A stretch of DNA of 64,000 bases from Mobula birostris (lineage: Eukaryota): the NCBI RefSeq assembly GCF_030028105.1, contig NC_092386.1:49964347-50028346 (forward strand). The letters run 5' to 3'. This document shows positions 46,060 through 60,450 of this stretch, piece by piece (position 1 is the first letter of the stretch; the number at the start of each line of letters is the position of its first letter). A program made the translations under genes and the position numbers. Under the pieces are notes generated by a model. It was not told the DNA's origin, made no database searches, and was given only the letters and a program-made list of their open reading frames with translations.

Positions 46060-49000
46060 ATAAGACAGAAGGAGCACAATTAGCCACTCAGCCCATCGAG
46101 TCTATTCTGCCATTCTTTCACAGCTAATTTATTATTCCTCAACCCCATTCTCCTGCCTTTTGCAGAGTCATAGAAAAAATACAGCATAGAAACAGGCTCT
46201 TTGGCCCATCTAGTTCCGTGCTGAAATACTTAAGCTGCCTACACCCATCAACCTGCACCCAGATCACAGCCCTCCATACCTGTATCATCCAAATACCTAT
46301 CCAAACTTGTCTTAAATGTTGAAATCAAGCTTGCATGCACAACCTTCATAAAGCCTGCTTTCACTTACCCTATCTATACCCAATTGTCTATACCTTTATC
46401 AATTCTCCCCTCAATCACCCGTTTCAAGGAATAAAGTCCTAGCCTATTCAAACTTTCCTTATAACTCAGATCCTCTAGTCTCTGTAACATCCTTGTAAAT
46501 TTTCTCTGTTTCTTTCAACCTTATTTACATCTTTCCTGTAGGTAGGCGACAACTCAATACTCCAAATTAGACCTCACCAACATCTTACACAACTTCAACA
46601 TAACATCCCATCTCCTACACGCAATACTTTGAGTCATGAAGGCCAAAGTGGCAAAAGGTTTCTTTTTGACCCTATCTACCTGTGCCACCACTTTCAATGA
46701 ACTATGGACCCGTATTCCCAGATCCCTTTCTTCTGCGGCGTGGTTGCACTTCAGTTGGTCTACCATAGTGCAACACCTTGCCTATTCTGCATTAAATTCC
46801 ATCTGCCATTTTTCAGCTCATTTTTCCAGCTGGTCCACATCCCACTGCACACACTGATAGTCTTCCTCACTGTCCACTACACCCCCAGTCTTCGTGTCAT
46901 CCACACATTTGCTGATCCAGTTAAACACATTATCATCCAGATCACTGACAGAGATGACAAACAACAATAGACCTTGCAATGATCCTTGTGGCACTCACTA
47001 GACATAGGCCTCCGGTCAAAGAGGCAACAATCAACCACTCTCTGACTTCTCCCAAAAGCCAATGTCTACACCAATTTACAACCTCATATTAAATGCTGAG
47101 GAACTAACCTTCTTGACCAACCTCCCATGCAGGATCTAATCAAATGCCTTGCTAAAGTCCACGTGGACAACATCTACTGCCCTACCATCATCAATTTTCC
47201 TGGTAACTTCCTCAAAATACTCTACAAGATTGGTAAGAAATGACTTGCCATGCACTAAGTCATGCTGACTATCCTTAATCAGTTCATATCTATCCAAATC
47301 TGCTCCCTTAGAATACATTCCTAACATTCCCACTACTGATGTCAATCTCAACGGTCTATAATTTCCTGGTTTATTCTTAGAGCCTTTCTTAAACAACAGA
47401 ACAACATTAGCTATCCTCCAGTCCTCCGGTACCTCACCTGTCCCGACGGATGATTTAAATATCTCTGCTAGGGCCCCTACAATTTCTGCACTTGCCTCCC
47501 AGAGGGTCCGAGAGAACACCTTGTCAAGCCCTGGAGATTTATCCACTCTAATTAGCCTCAAGACAGCAAATATCTCCTCTTGTGTAATCTGTATCTGGTT
47601 GATGACCTCACTGCTGCTTTGCCTCACTTCGATAGACTCTCCATCCATCTCCCAAATAAATACAAATGCATAAAACCCTTCCAAGAACTCCCCCATCTCC
47701 TCTGGCTCCACACATAGATTACCATCCTGATCTTCCAGAGAACCTATTTTGTCCCTTGCTATTCTTTCACTCTTAACATAGCTGTAGAATCCCTTAGAAC
47801 TCTTCTCAGGGAGTCCTAGTCAATATATGGAAAAGTAAAATCACCACTATAACATCCTTTCTTATATCACAGTTCCACCCATAAAGCCTCACTAGACGAG
47901 TTCTCCAGCCTGTCCTGAGGGAGCAATGCTGCGACATTTTTCCTGACTAGTAACACCACTCCACCCTCTTTAATCCCTCCGGCTCTTTTGCAACTAAAAC
48001 AACAGAACCCTCACCCTGCCCCTCCTACAACCAAGTATTACTAATAGGTACAATATCATAATTCCATGTGTTATCCCATGCCCTGAACTCATCTGACTTT
48101 CCTACAATACTTCTTGCATTGAAATATATGTAGCTCAGAACATTAGTTACAGCCACGCTCAACCTTTTGTCTGAGGTCTTAGCACAACATCTGTTTCTAC
48201 AATCACTCCACTATCTGTTCTGGCACTCTGGTTCCCATCTTCCTGCAACTCTAGTTTAAACTCCACCCCCCGCCACCTTCCCCCCCCCCCCCCCCCCACA
48301 ATGTAGTACTAGAAAACCTTCCCATTAGGATTAGTCCCCCTCCAGTTTAGGGGCAAACAGTCTCTTCTGTACAGGTCCCACCTTCTCTAGAAGAGAGCCC
48401 AATGATCCAAAAATCTGCAGCCCTCCCTCCTATGCCAACTCCTTAGGCACGTGTTAAACCGTATGATCTTCCCATTTCTGGCCTCACTAGCACATGGCAC
48501 AGGTAGCAATCCTGAGATCACAACCCTGGAAGTTCTGCCCTTTCACTTGGATAGGAAAAGGGATGAGGTTCTGCAAAGTGAGCGTGAGGAGTTAGAGGCT
48601 ATGTCATTGGTACCTATAAGGACCACGACTTCTGGCTGTTCACCCTCCCACTTAAAAATGCTGAGGACTTGATCTGTGATGTCCTAGACCCTGGCACCCT
48701 GGAGGCAACATGCCATCAGAAATCTCCTGCTCATCCACTGAAACTCCTTTCTGTTCCCCTAACAAAAGCCCTATCATCATAGCTCACCTCTTCTCCCTCC
48801 TTCTCTACTGAGTCACAGAGCCAGAGACCTGACCTGACTTTTCTCTGCTAGGTCAACCACCTCTCTTCCCACCCCCCACAACAGTATCCAAGGTGGTGTA
48901 CCTGGTGTTGGGGGGGAAATGGCCACAGGGGTACTCTGAACCGGTTGTTTAACTCCTTTCTCGAGTCTCCTGCATCCTGCACCTTGGGTGTAACTCCCTC

Positions 49001-49620
49001 TCTATCACACCCTCAGCCTTCCGAATGATCCTCAGTTCATCAACTATCCTGCCTGGATCCCTGCTGTTCAAGTTGTGCAAAATAAAGAAGGGAAAACAAC
49101 AAAGAAGCTGGGAGAAAAAATCCACCTATAGATTTTTCATCTTCTCTCACTCAAGCTTCTCCTCACTGAAGCCTCAGCCCACTCTAACACAGTCTACTCC
49201 AACAAAGGCTGCTCCACTTGCCTTTGCTGTATTTTAATTTATTCTTGCCAATCAATCCCGGTAGCCGATTGGCTGCTGCTCAAAGCACCAGACTGCTGTG
49301 AGAATGGATATCTTATGTACTCAAGCGGCAAACCCGAGCTAGCTATGTCTTCTTACGCTTCCGATCACTGATTACCCTCTCCCTGTAACCTCTGACAGCC
49401 TGACTGAACAAGAACCCATCAAACTCTGCTTTAAATATACTGGATGACTTGACCTCCACAGGCATCCTTGGCAATGAATTCAAAAGATTCACCACACTCT
49501 AGTTAAAGAAATTCCTCCTCATTTCTGTTCTAAATGGATGCCCCTTAGCTCCTATACTGACCCACTATAGGAAACATCCTGTCCACATCCACTCTGTCTG
49601 GGCCTTTCAATATTCAATGA
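46060..49620 (-). mobile_element. CR1 3' fragment (46060-46160 plus ~49375-49620) split by a second CR1
   Basis: The HER1-type 3' end stops at ccattctcctgcctt and resumes at ctccctgtaacctctgac, colinear with 10790-11070. Confidence 0.7.
46165..49370 (-). mobile_element. Near full-span but deleted CR1 including ORF1 (SGNH esterase) remnants
   Basis: RT ORF 47136-47711 (DKSPGLD, NYRP, DFSKAFD). ORF1 motifs VRGT.R.F and IGTND around 48600-48760 on the minus strand. Confidence 0.8.
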
Positions 49621-50829
49621 GATCTTCTAAACAAAGCAAGATTTGTACACCCTCTAAACCTGTGCTACTGCATTCATGATGTCGGAATCCAGTAAGAATA
49701 ATTTCCAAGTCTGCCATCCATGAAGACAAGTTTAACAAGTCTTCAGGTACTGTCATTCTGAAAAGGAAAATCGTTGGAGTCACTACCAAATTTGCTTTTT
49801 GAGTTTTGAGCACAATTTCTGTCAATTAGTTTTTGTTGAGTGAAACCTTCATTAAGAATTGTTCAACTGAGTATAGCTCAGATGGTATGAAAGCAGTGAA
49901 CTGATATGGAATAACAATTTGAATGCAACTGCAGCTTTCAAAAAAAAAATCACATTCACGAATATCGAAGATAAACGATTTCTAATGTCCTATGCAAAAG
50001 AGCATTAAATTAACCACTCACCAACAACTGAGACTGAAGCAGGAGTTCTTAATCAATACTCATATACTTGTTCAATAAAATAAGACTTTCACTTATATAA
50101 AACCCATTTCATTGTTAGGGAGCATTAAATGTTTCTGTTGGCAAACATAGCAGCTAATCTGCATAGGAAGAACTCATCACCTGTTGAACAAGAGTAAGCT
50201 CTTTCACATCTACTTCAACCAGCCAAAGGATAAAAGGAAACCCTTTCAACACAGTCAGAGCTCAGAATGCACCAAAAACTTCAGAACTGAATATTCTTAT
50301 TTGCATGTTAATTTTTTTGGTATATAAACCAGGAGGATAATCACAAGCAGAAGCACATATTCTTTGTAATTATGATTTAGAAATACATATTTAAAGTATT
50401 TATATTATAGGAAGACAAACTATTTTAAAAACTTATGCAGCATAGCTTTGTATCTATAGCTTTTAGATGCTGTTTGATACCAAGACAAATTTTAAGTTTG
50501 AAGTACAGAAAAGCAGTGGAACAAACTTATCCCATGTATTTATAATTAGATCAGCATACCCTGCTAAACCATGCAGCTTCAACCAGAAATAAACAGGATA
50601 TGAACTTGTTTTTTCTCATAATCAGTCATTGATATATTTAATCATTTTGTTATTTTTAAATCATCTAAGATCGCAAAAGTAGAAACAGATTTGGAGTTAA
50701 AGCATTTGACAATTTAACATGTGTCTCCAGTTATCAGAGACAGCCAGCCAGATGTAGATGGTCTTTGAAGCACTGAATTTCATCACTCTCTCCAGTATTT
50801 CAAGAACTTGAAACAAAACATTTAAATAG

Positions 50830-53070
50830 AGTGCTACATACTGCACTCATGAGCAAAGACTAGCTTAAGAAACTCATGATAAAATGAATGATGAACAAAA
50901 GATGTGGTGGAGGGCTGAGAGATTGGTGGATGTTTGGGGAGGTGGGCAAAATGGCAATTTGGGATTTCGCACAAGGAATAAATCTGGACAGGTGGGAGCA
51001 GCTGCTATAGGGGAAGCTCTGTTTAGCTGGTGATCAAAAATGCAGTTAGATTTAGCGAGTTCTGGAAAGTGACAATATAAGAAACAGTAGTAAAAGTTGG
51101 GATATTCCCAATTTTGCAAGAGTGGACTGGAAACAGCTACTTTAAGGTAAATCATCAATCAGAATAACTAGACATTCAAGGGACTCTGAGCAAACATGTT
51201 CCAATGAGAAAAACAGTTGGGACTGTCAAACCTAGATAATAAAGTGCACAAAGAATAAAATAAGGGGGAATAAGGGGGTGGGGGTGAAGGAAGCTTACAA
51301 GAATCACGGTCTAGAGCTTGCTGTAAGCACAAGAGTGAAATTAGAAGGAAAATTAGGAAATACCAGCTGTTAAAATAAAAAAAAATCAGAAGGTGTTTTA
51401 CATGTGGAAAAAGATCAAAAGAACTATGAAGAGTAGGCTTTACTACAGATTAGGCAGCTAACCGAAATGTGTGGAGGTCAAGTCATACACAAGGTTCGTA
51501 ATTAATACTTTGCAGCTATCTTCACAAAACAAGGAAAGACAGCAGTGCTCTCAATGTGGTCTACATGGTTTTACCAAAGCTTTTGAAATTAGTATACATC
51601 AAGTAGGCAAAAATGTAAAGAATCCATATCGGATAGGTGGTAGGAAGTAAAGGGTTTTGGTTCAAGGATGCTTTTGTGACTGAAAGACATCAGTATGGTT
51701 CTACAAGGGGCAAGAATCTCATGTTCCCAATATTTACTACTTTTTTTTGAATTTGCAGATTTGATGTTCATCCATCTTTGTTGTGTACAGTTTGCCGCTG
51801 ATTCTACTGTGTTTCTTTCTATTCCCTCTGAATGCCTGCAAGGAAAATGAATCTTGTAGTATATGGTGACGTAAATGTACTTTCAGAGTAAATTTACTTT
51901 GAACTTTGAAACATACATGAGGCATGGTAAAGAAGTTTGCAGACATTTCAAAAATTGACAATTTGATTGAGGGGATGGAGAGCCACTTTAGATGCAAGAT
52001 GAGAGTCAGATCAGACCAGACACACAGAAGAAACAAATGTAATTTAACCTTCTTCCCTCCACCATTCTCATTTGCCCACCTCATTTCTTTTATTTCATGC
52101 TCCCCTCAGATTCCATCATCTATATCCCTTTGTTTCTTCCACCCTTCAAATCCCAGCACCTTTCAGACCAGATGAAGGGCTTTGACATGATGCATCAACT
52201 GTCCAATTACCTCCATGGATGCTACCTGACCTGCTGAGTTCCTCTAGCAACTTTTTTTTTGCTACAGATTACAGTATCTGCAGTTTCGTGTCCCCATTAG
52301 TCCAAAGATGTGTTTAAGTATTTCTTTCCGGAAAGGAATACACAGAAGGGTTGTGTGCTATGGAAGAATGATGCTTGGATTGAATGTTCATGTTCCTACA
52401 CAGGCTGCAAGATAGATGGCTAAGACAATCACAATGGCATTCAAGATGATTTCCTTTCTCAGCTAAGGCCTAGAATCTAGCAGAGCAGGGAGGTTATGCT
52501 GGGCCTTTCTACAAATGCTAGTTTGACCACAGCTTGAATCCTGTTTAGAGTTTCCATCACACTATAGAAAAGATGCAATTGCACTGGAGAAGCAGCACAG
52601 AAGCTTTACAAGAATGTTGCCGGGGTTGCAAAACAATTGCAAAAAAAACCTCAGCCTCTCCTTCCTTCTGTCAAAGCTCCAAACAAATTTGAAGGACTTA
52701 ATTAAGGGGCTCAAAATTATGGAGGCAAGATAAAATGTACAGGAAAAATCTCTGAGCCTTAGTAGAGGTTTCATTTTTAACTTTTAAGACGGAGTATGGA
52801 ATTAATGTAACTGGCAGAAGATCAGCTCAATGAAGGAAATAATTTTCACCCAGAAGTTGAAAGACATTTGCTCATTAGCCGAGATGGATGATTAATGTAG
52901 AACAGCCTTACACTTATACACTTACATTGTATCTGGATATGTACTTTAAGAGCCATGATATACAGTTCATTAGGCCTAGTTGTGGAAAATTAAGCTGAAT
53001 AGCTCCTTATAATTGGCATGGGGATTGTGGGCTGAATGGCTTTAAGTTGTAAATTCTGTACGATTCCATG
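50830..53070 (+). mobile_element. Very old CR1 remnant with nested Rex 3'UTR and PLE tail
   Basis: Scattered CR1 ORF2 motifs (gtggtctacatggttttaccaaagctttt; aagtttgcagac; ttttcacccagaag). Confidence 0.55.
52050..52290 (+). mobile_element. PLE tail with degenerate hammerhead (52164-52201)
   Basis: CAGAC-CAGATGA-AGGGCTTTGACAT... followed by gatgctacctgacctgctgagttcctctagca. Confidence 0.7.
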
Positions 53071-54094
53071 AACCCTGCTTTCAAAATAACAACTTCAGAT
53101 AACTGTCTATTTACGTCAATGAACAGAAAAAGCAAATTGGAATCAGATGCAAGGCAATGGAGAATACAGCTTTGTGGGATGAACGGAAACAGAAGTTTAA
53201 AACATGAAATGACAACTAATCAGAACCACATTAACACTGGATCAGAAAATGACATATTAACTGAGACTACCTCTCTCTTTATATTACGTTACATTTAAAA
53301 ATATTAAGAAGAATCCAGGCTCCCAAGGTCATTTTTCAAATCTTTGATTATTCATCTACTTGTTAAATTTCAACTCCAGTTCTCAGCATTTCCTTCCCAA
53401 GAATTCATGCCAATTGTTTCATCTAATTTCCAATGCTATCTGTATCGACATTTACTCTGATCTCTTCCGATCACTAATTGGATCCTGCCACATGCTAAAA
53501 TAAGCATTTCAGACCTGAAACTAGCTTCGGGAGTTGCAATGATATCATTACTGCTGTGTATATTCCATTAATCTTGCATTTGCTTTGCTTTTTTTAAAAA
53601 AAAGTAGGCATTAGATAACTTCTAGTAAGCTTCATAGCTTTAAAATAAAAAGTAGGAATTGTGTTTAGTTAATTTGAGATAAATTACACCAAGCAGTACT
53701 GATAAAAGATTGCTACACCTATTAAGTGTTTAGCCAGCTTCAAGAATTAGAACATCATCTATTAAGAAGTTTGCTCTCCACATTTATCAGTAAATACTGT
53801 AACTTTCACAACAAAGTCTAATCCTCTGGAACTCTGTAGTTTTCTTTCAGGCCTTGGAATGCCAGATGTAAAAGGCACAGAAAAAAAATATTCTTTGAAA
53901 TAAAGCAGAAAATGCCAGAAAAACTTAGTGATGGCAAGAATGCAGTTCAGGAAGGTGCTGTCAAACCCTGTACATTAATCTTCCTGTAAATCTACCTGCC
54001 AAGCACAATCAGTTGCCTTCATGACCATTAGTTTTAATTTGAAAGAGTACACAAAAATGGAAATTTTGATTACTTTCTGAAAAAAAAAACTATA

Positions 54095-55518
54095 TTGGAA
54101 AACTTGGCAGAACTAGTCCTCACTCTCAACAATTTCTCCTTCTGCTCCTCTCACTTTCTCCAAACTCAAGGGATAGCCACTGGCACCCACATGGACCACA
54201 GCTGTGCCTGCCTTTTCACCGGCTACAAAGAACAATTCATGTTCCAAGCCTTCCCTGGAAATGCTCACCAAACCTTCCTCTGCTACATTGACTACAGCAT
54301 TGATGCTGAGCTTGTCAATTTCATTAACTTTGTTTAAACTTCCACCCTGCCCTTAAATTCACTCAAATCATTTCTGATGCCTCCCTCCCCTTTCTTGATC
54401 TCTGTCTCTATCTCTGGAGACAAGATGTCAACTGACATCTCTTATAAACCTACTGATTCCCACTGTTATCTTGACTGTATCTCTTCCCACCCTGTCCCGT
54501 GTAAGAATGCTATCCCCTTTTCTCAGTTCCTTCATTTCCGCTGCATTTGCTCCCAGGATGTGGCTTTGCTTTCTAGGACATCAGAGATGATCTCCTTCCT
54601 CAAAGAACAGTGTTTCCCTTCCTCTACCATTGATACTGCCTTCTCCTGCATCTCTTCAATTTCCAGAACATCTATGCTCACCTCATCAGGGATAGAATTC
54701 CTCTTGTCCTTACCTACCACCCCACGAGCTTATGCATCTAACATATCATTCCCCGCAACTTTCACCATCTCCAAAGGGATCCTACCACTAAACACATCCT
54801 TAGCTCTCCCACCCCCCACTTTCCACAGGGATTGCTCCCTCCGTGATTCCCTTGTCCATTCATCCCTCCCCACTAATCACTCTCCTCATACTTATCCCTG
54901 CAAATGACCCAAGTGCTACACCTGCCCATTCACCTCCATTCAGGGCCCCAACAGTCCTTCCAGGGAAGGCAACACTTCACCTGTGAATCTGCTGGGATCA
55001 GCTATTGTGTCCGGTGCTCCTGATGGGGCCTCCTCCACAGTGGTGAGACCAGTCGTAAATTGGGTGGTTGGGGGGGGGGGGCTTCTTTGTGCACCTCTGC
55101 AGAACTTCCTGGTGGCCAGACATTATAATAATGATTCCTGTCCCGTTCTGTGACGTCGGTCCATAGCCACCTCTTGTGCCATGATCAGGCCACCCTCAGG
55201 GTGGAGCACCAACACCTTACATTCAGACTGGGTAGCCTCCATCCTGATGCATGAATATTAATTTCTCCTGCCCTTTCTCTTATGATCCACTCTGCTCTCC
55301 TATCAGATTCCTCCCCCTCTAGCTCTTTGCCTTTCCTACCCACCTGGCTTCACCTATCACCCTGCTAACCTCCTTTCCCTCCCCACACCCGATCCGGTGT
55401 CTTCCTCCTTCCTTTCCAGCCCTGAAGGAGGATCTTGACCCAAAACATTGACTGTTTATTCATTTCCACAGATGCAACCTGGCCTGCTGAGTTCCTCCAG
55501 TATTTGTGTGTGTTGCTT
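54095..55518 (+). mobile_element. Penelope-like element: RT C-terminus, thumb, GIY-YIG endonuclease, 3' tail with hammerhead remnant
   Basis: LTLNNFSF..QTQGIATGTHM...CACLF, CYID, YKPTDSHCYLDCISSHP, YCVRCS*WGLLHSGET. Hammerhead remnant 55417-55454. Confidence 0.9.
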
Positions 55519-55719
55519 TTTACTATCTTAGCTCATAACTAAAATTAAGGTCTGTGCAATGTTTAATTCTTCAAAAAAAAGCAAGATTAATCCATCAGTC
55601 TAATTCAGATGAAGTTTTGAAATGTTTTATCACTACATCCTTTGGTGCAGTAATCCTTGGTGTCCTTTCCCTTATTTAAAAAATGCAGTAATCGTGCAAC
55701 TTCCAAATACGCAGCAAAT

Positions 55720-55910
55720 TACTGCAGATAGTAGAAACCTGATATAATAACAAAGTTTTGAAAATAGACAGTATTCATGTGGAACCGTGGAAGAGAAAAC
55801 CAGTTAATATTTCAGGCAAATGATTATTCAGAAGTGTTAACTCTGCTCTTCTTTCTCTCCCCAAAGTCGCTGCCTAACCTGCAGAGTAATTCCAGTATTT
55901 TCTGTATCTC
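55720..55910. mobile_element. Old compact inverted PLE-tail unit
   Basis: Minus tail (actgcagatagtagaaacctg) facing a plus tail (gctgcctaacctgcagagtaattccagtattttctg). Confidence 0.45.
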
Positions 55911-57189
55911 TTCCTAATCTAAATGAATGGCTTGTGTTCAAGTCCTAGTTGAAGATACACAGTACTTTCATCAGCAACCACAGTTTGCTAATGATACTAA
56001 TTTAGAGAATATACTAAGTAGAGGAGAATAATCTATTCATGTGTCCCTTTGCTATTATTTACATGATAGACAAACTATGGGGTATTCAGAGGCTACAAAT
56101 CTTGGGAGATAACCCAGCTCATTCTATTGTCCTAAACAGAGTACACTCCTAGCTTGCTGCTATGTCCAAAAGTCACTGAAAGAGCCCATATGCAGGTATG
56201 GAGTCATAATTAAAAAGGAGTCATAAATAAAAAGGAAGTTGGTATACAAAATGAGTACAATAGAAGTCAAAATTGAACAATATTGGTTTATATTCAACTG
56301 GACAAATTAATTAAGTTCTCTACAATACAATTCACAATCTGTCTTGGTGGATTTGCCGTGTTTATTGGTCAGAATGACAGGGATTTTGAAGGTTCACTTA
56401 CAATGACATTAGTATCAGGTTGACTATTTAAATACTTTCCAGAAAAGCCTTGCTCACTTTAATCTGTAAACACAGGATCATCTAATACCCCGTTGCTATA
56501 CCCAAGTTTGCATCATCTTGCAATTCCTTCACTGCTGGGTTCCCCAACTTACATTCACAGTTAAAGAAAAACTTTTAAAATATTCATCCTCATTTCTACA
56601 TCTCCACGACTTGTTCACCACCCCATCAATACCCTCTGAAGACCTCCCACTTTCTAAGACACCTCCTCGCCCACAACCATGGCTTCTAATTGTAATTATT
56701 CCACACTGAATGCCTTCCATTCCTCAGCCAAACCCTAAATTCCAGGATAATTTCTCTGTATGCCCCAGCTTTTCGTTTACAGTTTCCAATAGTAAGAGGT
56801 TCCTTAAAACCAAATGTAGATCTTGAAGTCATGTGAGATTCACTGCCAAATTTTATACAAGTTCCTTGTATCAATTTATGACGTTAAAAACATTGTACAT
56901 AAGGTTGTACTGTCGGGAGCTGGCGGTAAACAGTAACCAATTGCAGGTAGCTCACAAACCTACTAGATATACTTCTGAACTACCATCGCTGTGATCCACA
57001 GCCTGTAATTTCTCTTTAAGAAATGTACTATTGAACTATCTAAACAAACTAGCAATGTTATAATCTCCAAAAGGATTCAGCAAACATGACTCTCAGAAAT
57101 GTACCTTGTACGTCATCTCAGGTATAGCACCAGGAAGCGGGCAAAGGCCAGAAGATAGTGCCAGGGCAAACTTCAAGCTAGATTAAAGC

Positions 57190-57570
57190 ACTGTACAGCT
57201 CCACTGCTCTGTGCCAGCCAAAATCCCCCATCTGAGCCCATCCCACCTTTCTGCATTTTACTCTTTCTTCTTGCTACCACCACTGGTGGAAAGTGCAGCA
57301 GTCTTGGGTCCCATGCCATTAAGTTCAAGAACAGTTGTTGCCCTCAAACCATCCAACTCCTGAACCCATGACTTCACTCACCTCAGTGCTGAACTGACTC
57401 TGTAGCTCATTTGTTTACTTTTAAAAAAATCATTTGCACCATTTGTTCTTGTTTACACATTGGATATGTCGGACTTTGCCAAGTGTGGCTTTTCATGGAT
57501 TCTATTGTACTTCTTTACTTTGCCTGTAAGAAAATTAACCTCACAATTGTATATGGTATACAGTACAGTA
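57190..57570 (+). mobile_element. Rex1/Babar-type 3' end, decayed
   Basis: ttgctaccacc...aagttcaagaacagttgttgccctcaaaccatc and the family 3'UTR. Confidence 0.55.
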
Positions 57571-59069
57571 ATACTTTAGTCATCTCAAGCATGATTTTTT
57601 AAAATTCAAAGTAAATCTATTATCAATGATTTCTTGAAGTTTGAAACAATTTTGCTTCCTAAAATATCTGGAATGAAGCAAGTACCTTTAGAGAAAGATT
57701 ACTGAGTAATGGCACAAATAATCTCTCTATACAAACGGTTACAGAAATCTACAATTCCCTGGACAATGAGACTGAGACAAGGTCAACTGGGGGGGGGAGA
57801 ATAAAATTTGAAACCAGACATTTGATAGGTCATGATATTGAAGGTAAGTAGATCCCAATTATAATAGAGCTTGATCAAACAATGTCAGAGAATGTTCAAG
57901 GGAGTTTGAAATACCAATATTACTTCCACTCTCATATTCAGGTGGCTTTATTAATCACATACTACATATTTCTAGCTTGGGAAAACTTAACTGAATGCAT
58001 CTCGCAGAGACTGATCTATACATCAAATCAAGCTACTTTTTAGAACAGGAAAAAAAAGAGCAAGTTATACTGCTCAAGTCTGCTACACCATTCATCAAGA
58101 TCATTATAGCTTTGGTCTTTGTTTCAGCTTTGCATTCCTGCCTGTTCCCCAATCAACTCCCACACTTACTAATTCGGCTGAATATATTCAAGGCCGAGAC
58201 AATCAATCAGTCTCCATCTATCATTCTCAGGGTAAAGAATTGGAAAGTGGTCTTATTTCAATCTCAGAGATCTCTTATGTTCAAACTACACACCCTTGTT
58301 CTGCATTCCACCACAAGGTGAATGGCCCTTCAGTTTCCACCATGTCCATCCCTCCTCACGAGTCAAATTTTACAACACTATTCTCCACTCCTCTAAATGC
58401 CACCACTGATAGGGCACAACCTACACTATCGTTCCTCTAAAGACAACTGCGTCATCCCAAGAAACAATCTAACAAACAACAATAAATGTTATTGCCAAGT
58501 TTTCCCCATCTCTCCACTTGAACTCTCTGCCAAAAGTGAGACAACCTGAAAGTGGCCCCTTTGATAAATCACATGAACTGATACAGCAGCATTTCCTAAT
58601 TTCACTTGTGGCACATCATGAAAATCAAAGCTTGTTTTTAGTTGTATTACAGTTATTTTACCGTAAAGCAATCAACTTTGCTGCAATGGAGAAGTTAGAA
58701 ACTGCACATTAATCTTGTATAATGGATTCAAAAAGCAACAGAGAGAATGCCATTGGCAATAAATATATTTATGCTCTTCAGTTCAAATTTATTCTACGTT
58801 ATTGTATTTGTATTACTGGGGAATATATTCAAAAATTTTATTCCCATCTTTTGCAAATATGAAACTGTCTGAAAATTTCAGCAACAAGTCAATAGAGTTT
58901 TAGGTCCTGGGCTACCCTACTCCTCTAGTTCAGACAAGAAAGTTTAATTGAAGATTAGAAGCAAATAAAGCATATTCAGGCGTAGATTCATTTAACAATA
59001 ACGATGATAACATAATTGGGCAGCACAATGCCATGTAGCCCAGCAAATCAGTTTTAATCTTGACCTCTT

Positions 59070-59305
59070 GCACTGTCTATGTGGAGTTTGCATGTTCTCC
59101 CTATGGCCATGAAGCTCTTCCCACATTTCAAAGACACAGGGATTGACCAATGTAAATTGCCCTGCAGGTAAGGCAAACAACTAGTTGGGCATGGGGGGAG
59201 TGAGGATGACAAATGTGGAGGGAATAAAAACTAGGAATAGTGTAATTATTTGGTAGTCATTGCACACTTAATGGGCATAAGTGTCTGTTTCTGTGTTGTA
59301 TATCT
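59070..59305 (+). mobile_element. V-SINE (HE1-like)
   Basis: CTGTCTATGTGGAGTTTGCATGTTCTCCC V-domain; tail gtctgtttctgtgttgtat. Confidence 0.7.
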
Positions 59306-59589
59306 AATGTAACCGATGAGTAGAATTCGTACATATTAAAGTATCATGTCCTTTATATTCTAGTAGTTCAAATGGATTACATCAAGAAACTAGGCTTGCT
59401 TATTTATCTCAGTGAAACTTCTAATTTAGCCACCGAACAAAAGACACACATCAAGCATTTAGCCAGATTCGGGAATGGGTTGAGTGTTATCTGCAACTGG
59501 ATGTACTGAGAAGAGTTCTCCAGTGATATATCAATTAAACTGAAAGTTTGTGGACAACACTACTGTTACAGGACAAATGAGAGGCAACG

Positions 59590-60450
59590 AATTCAAGTAC
59601 CACTAAGAAGGAAGAGCTGAATGCCCTCAAAACTGTGGAGATGCATATCGACTTCAGGAGAAAATGTGTCTCTTTTCCACCTACTCATCATGAACAACTC
59701 TACAATTAGCACCGTTTCAACATTCATATTGGGCGTCATTATTTCACAGGACCTTGGGTAGAGATCTACATCTCCTCCACTAACAACAAGGCGCTGCAGA
59801 GGATGAACTTCTTGCAGCAGTTGATAAAATTCTATCTTCCCCAGCACACACTGTGCAATTCTACACTGCCATCATAGTGAGCATCTTCATATCAGCCATT
59901 AGTCTGCTTTGCTGCAACATCCTCGCACAATATACAAAAACTACAGACAACTATCTGGGCAGCATAAAGGTTCATTGGCTGTAGTCTACCAATGTAGTAC
60001 TACATTGGCTGTAGTCTGCAGGAGTTGTATGTGTCCTGCACAAAGAAGCAGGTGGGGGAAAAAAATCATTGCCAAATTACCCACTCAGTAAACCATCTTT
60101 TCCAAAAAGCTTGCTTCTGGAAAGCGCTATGGGGATATTAAAACAAAAACTTCACACCAGCTTAAAAGTTTCTTCCCCCAAGCAATTAACCTCAAACATT
60201 CTGGTTAGCTCTTCCCAATCACTTTCTATTACCTTAGTCACTGCACTGTAAATGCTTTAAACTACATTTTATAATGCTGCTTACATTGTAAATACATGCT
60301 GGTATTTATCTATTTCTGCACATTTTATTTCTATCCAATTCTTTATTCAGTATAATTGTTGAATGTTGCTATTTTTTGTTGCACGTTGTGCAAACACACC
60401 CCAGCAATTTCCTAATCGAATGTACAAAGTGAATAAAGCTGCACCTTGAT
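59590..60450 (+). mobile_element. Rex1/Babar-type LINE 3' part
   Basis: LNALKTVEMHIDFRR, FIL-GVIISQDL and FYTAIIVSIFISAI remnants; 3'UTR shared with 23950-24230. Confidence 0.7.
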
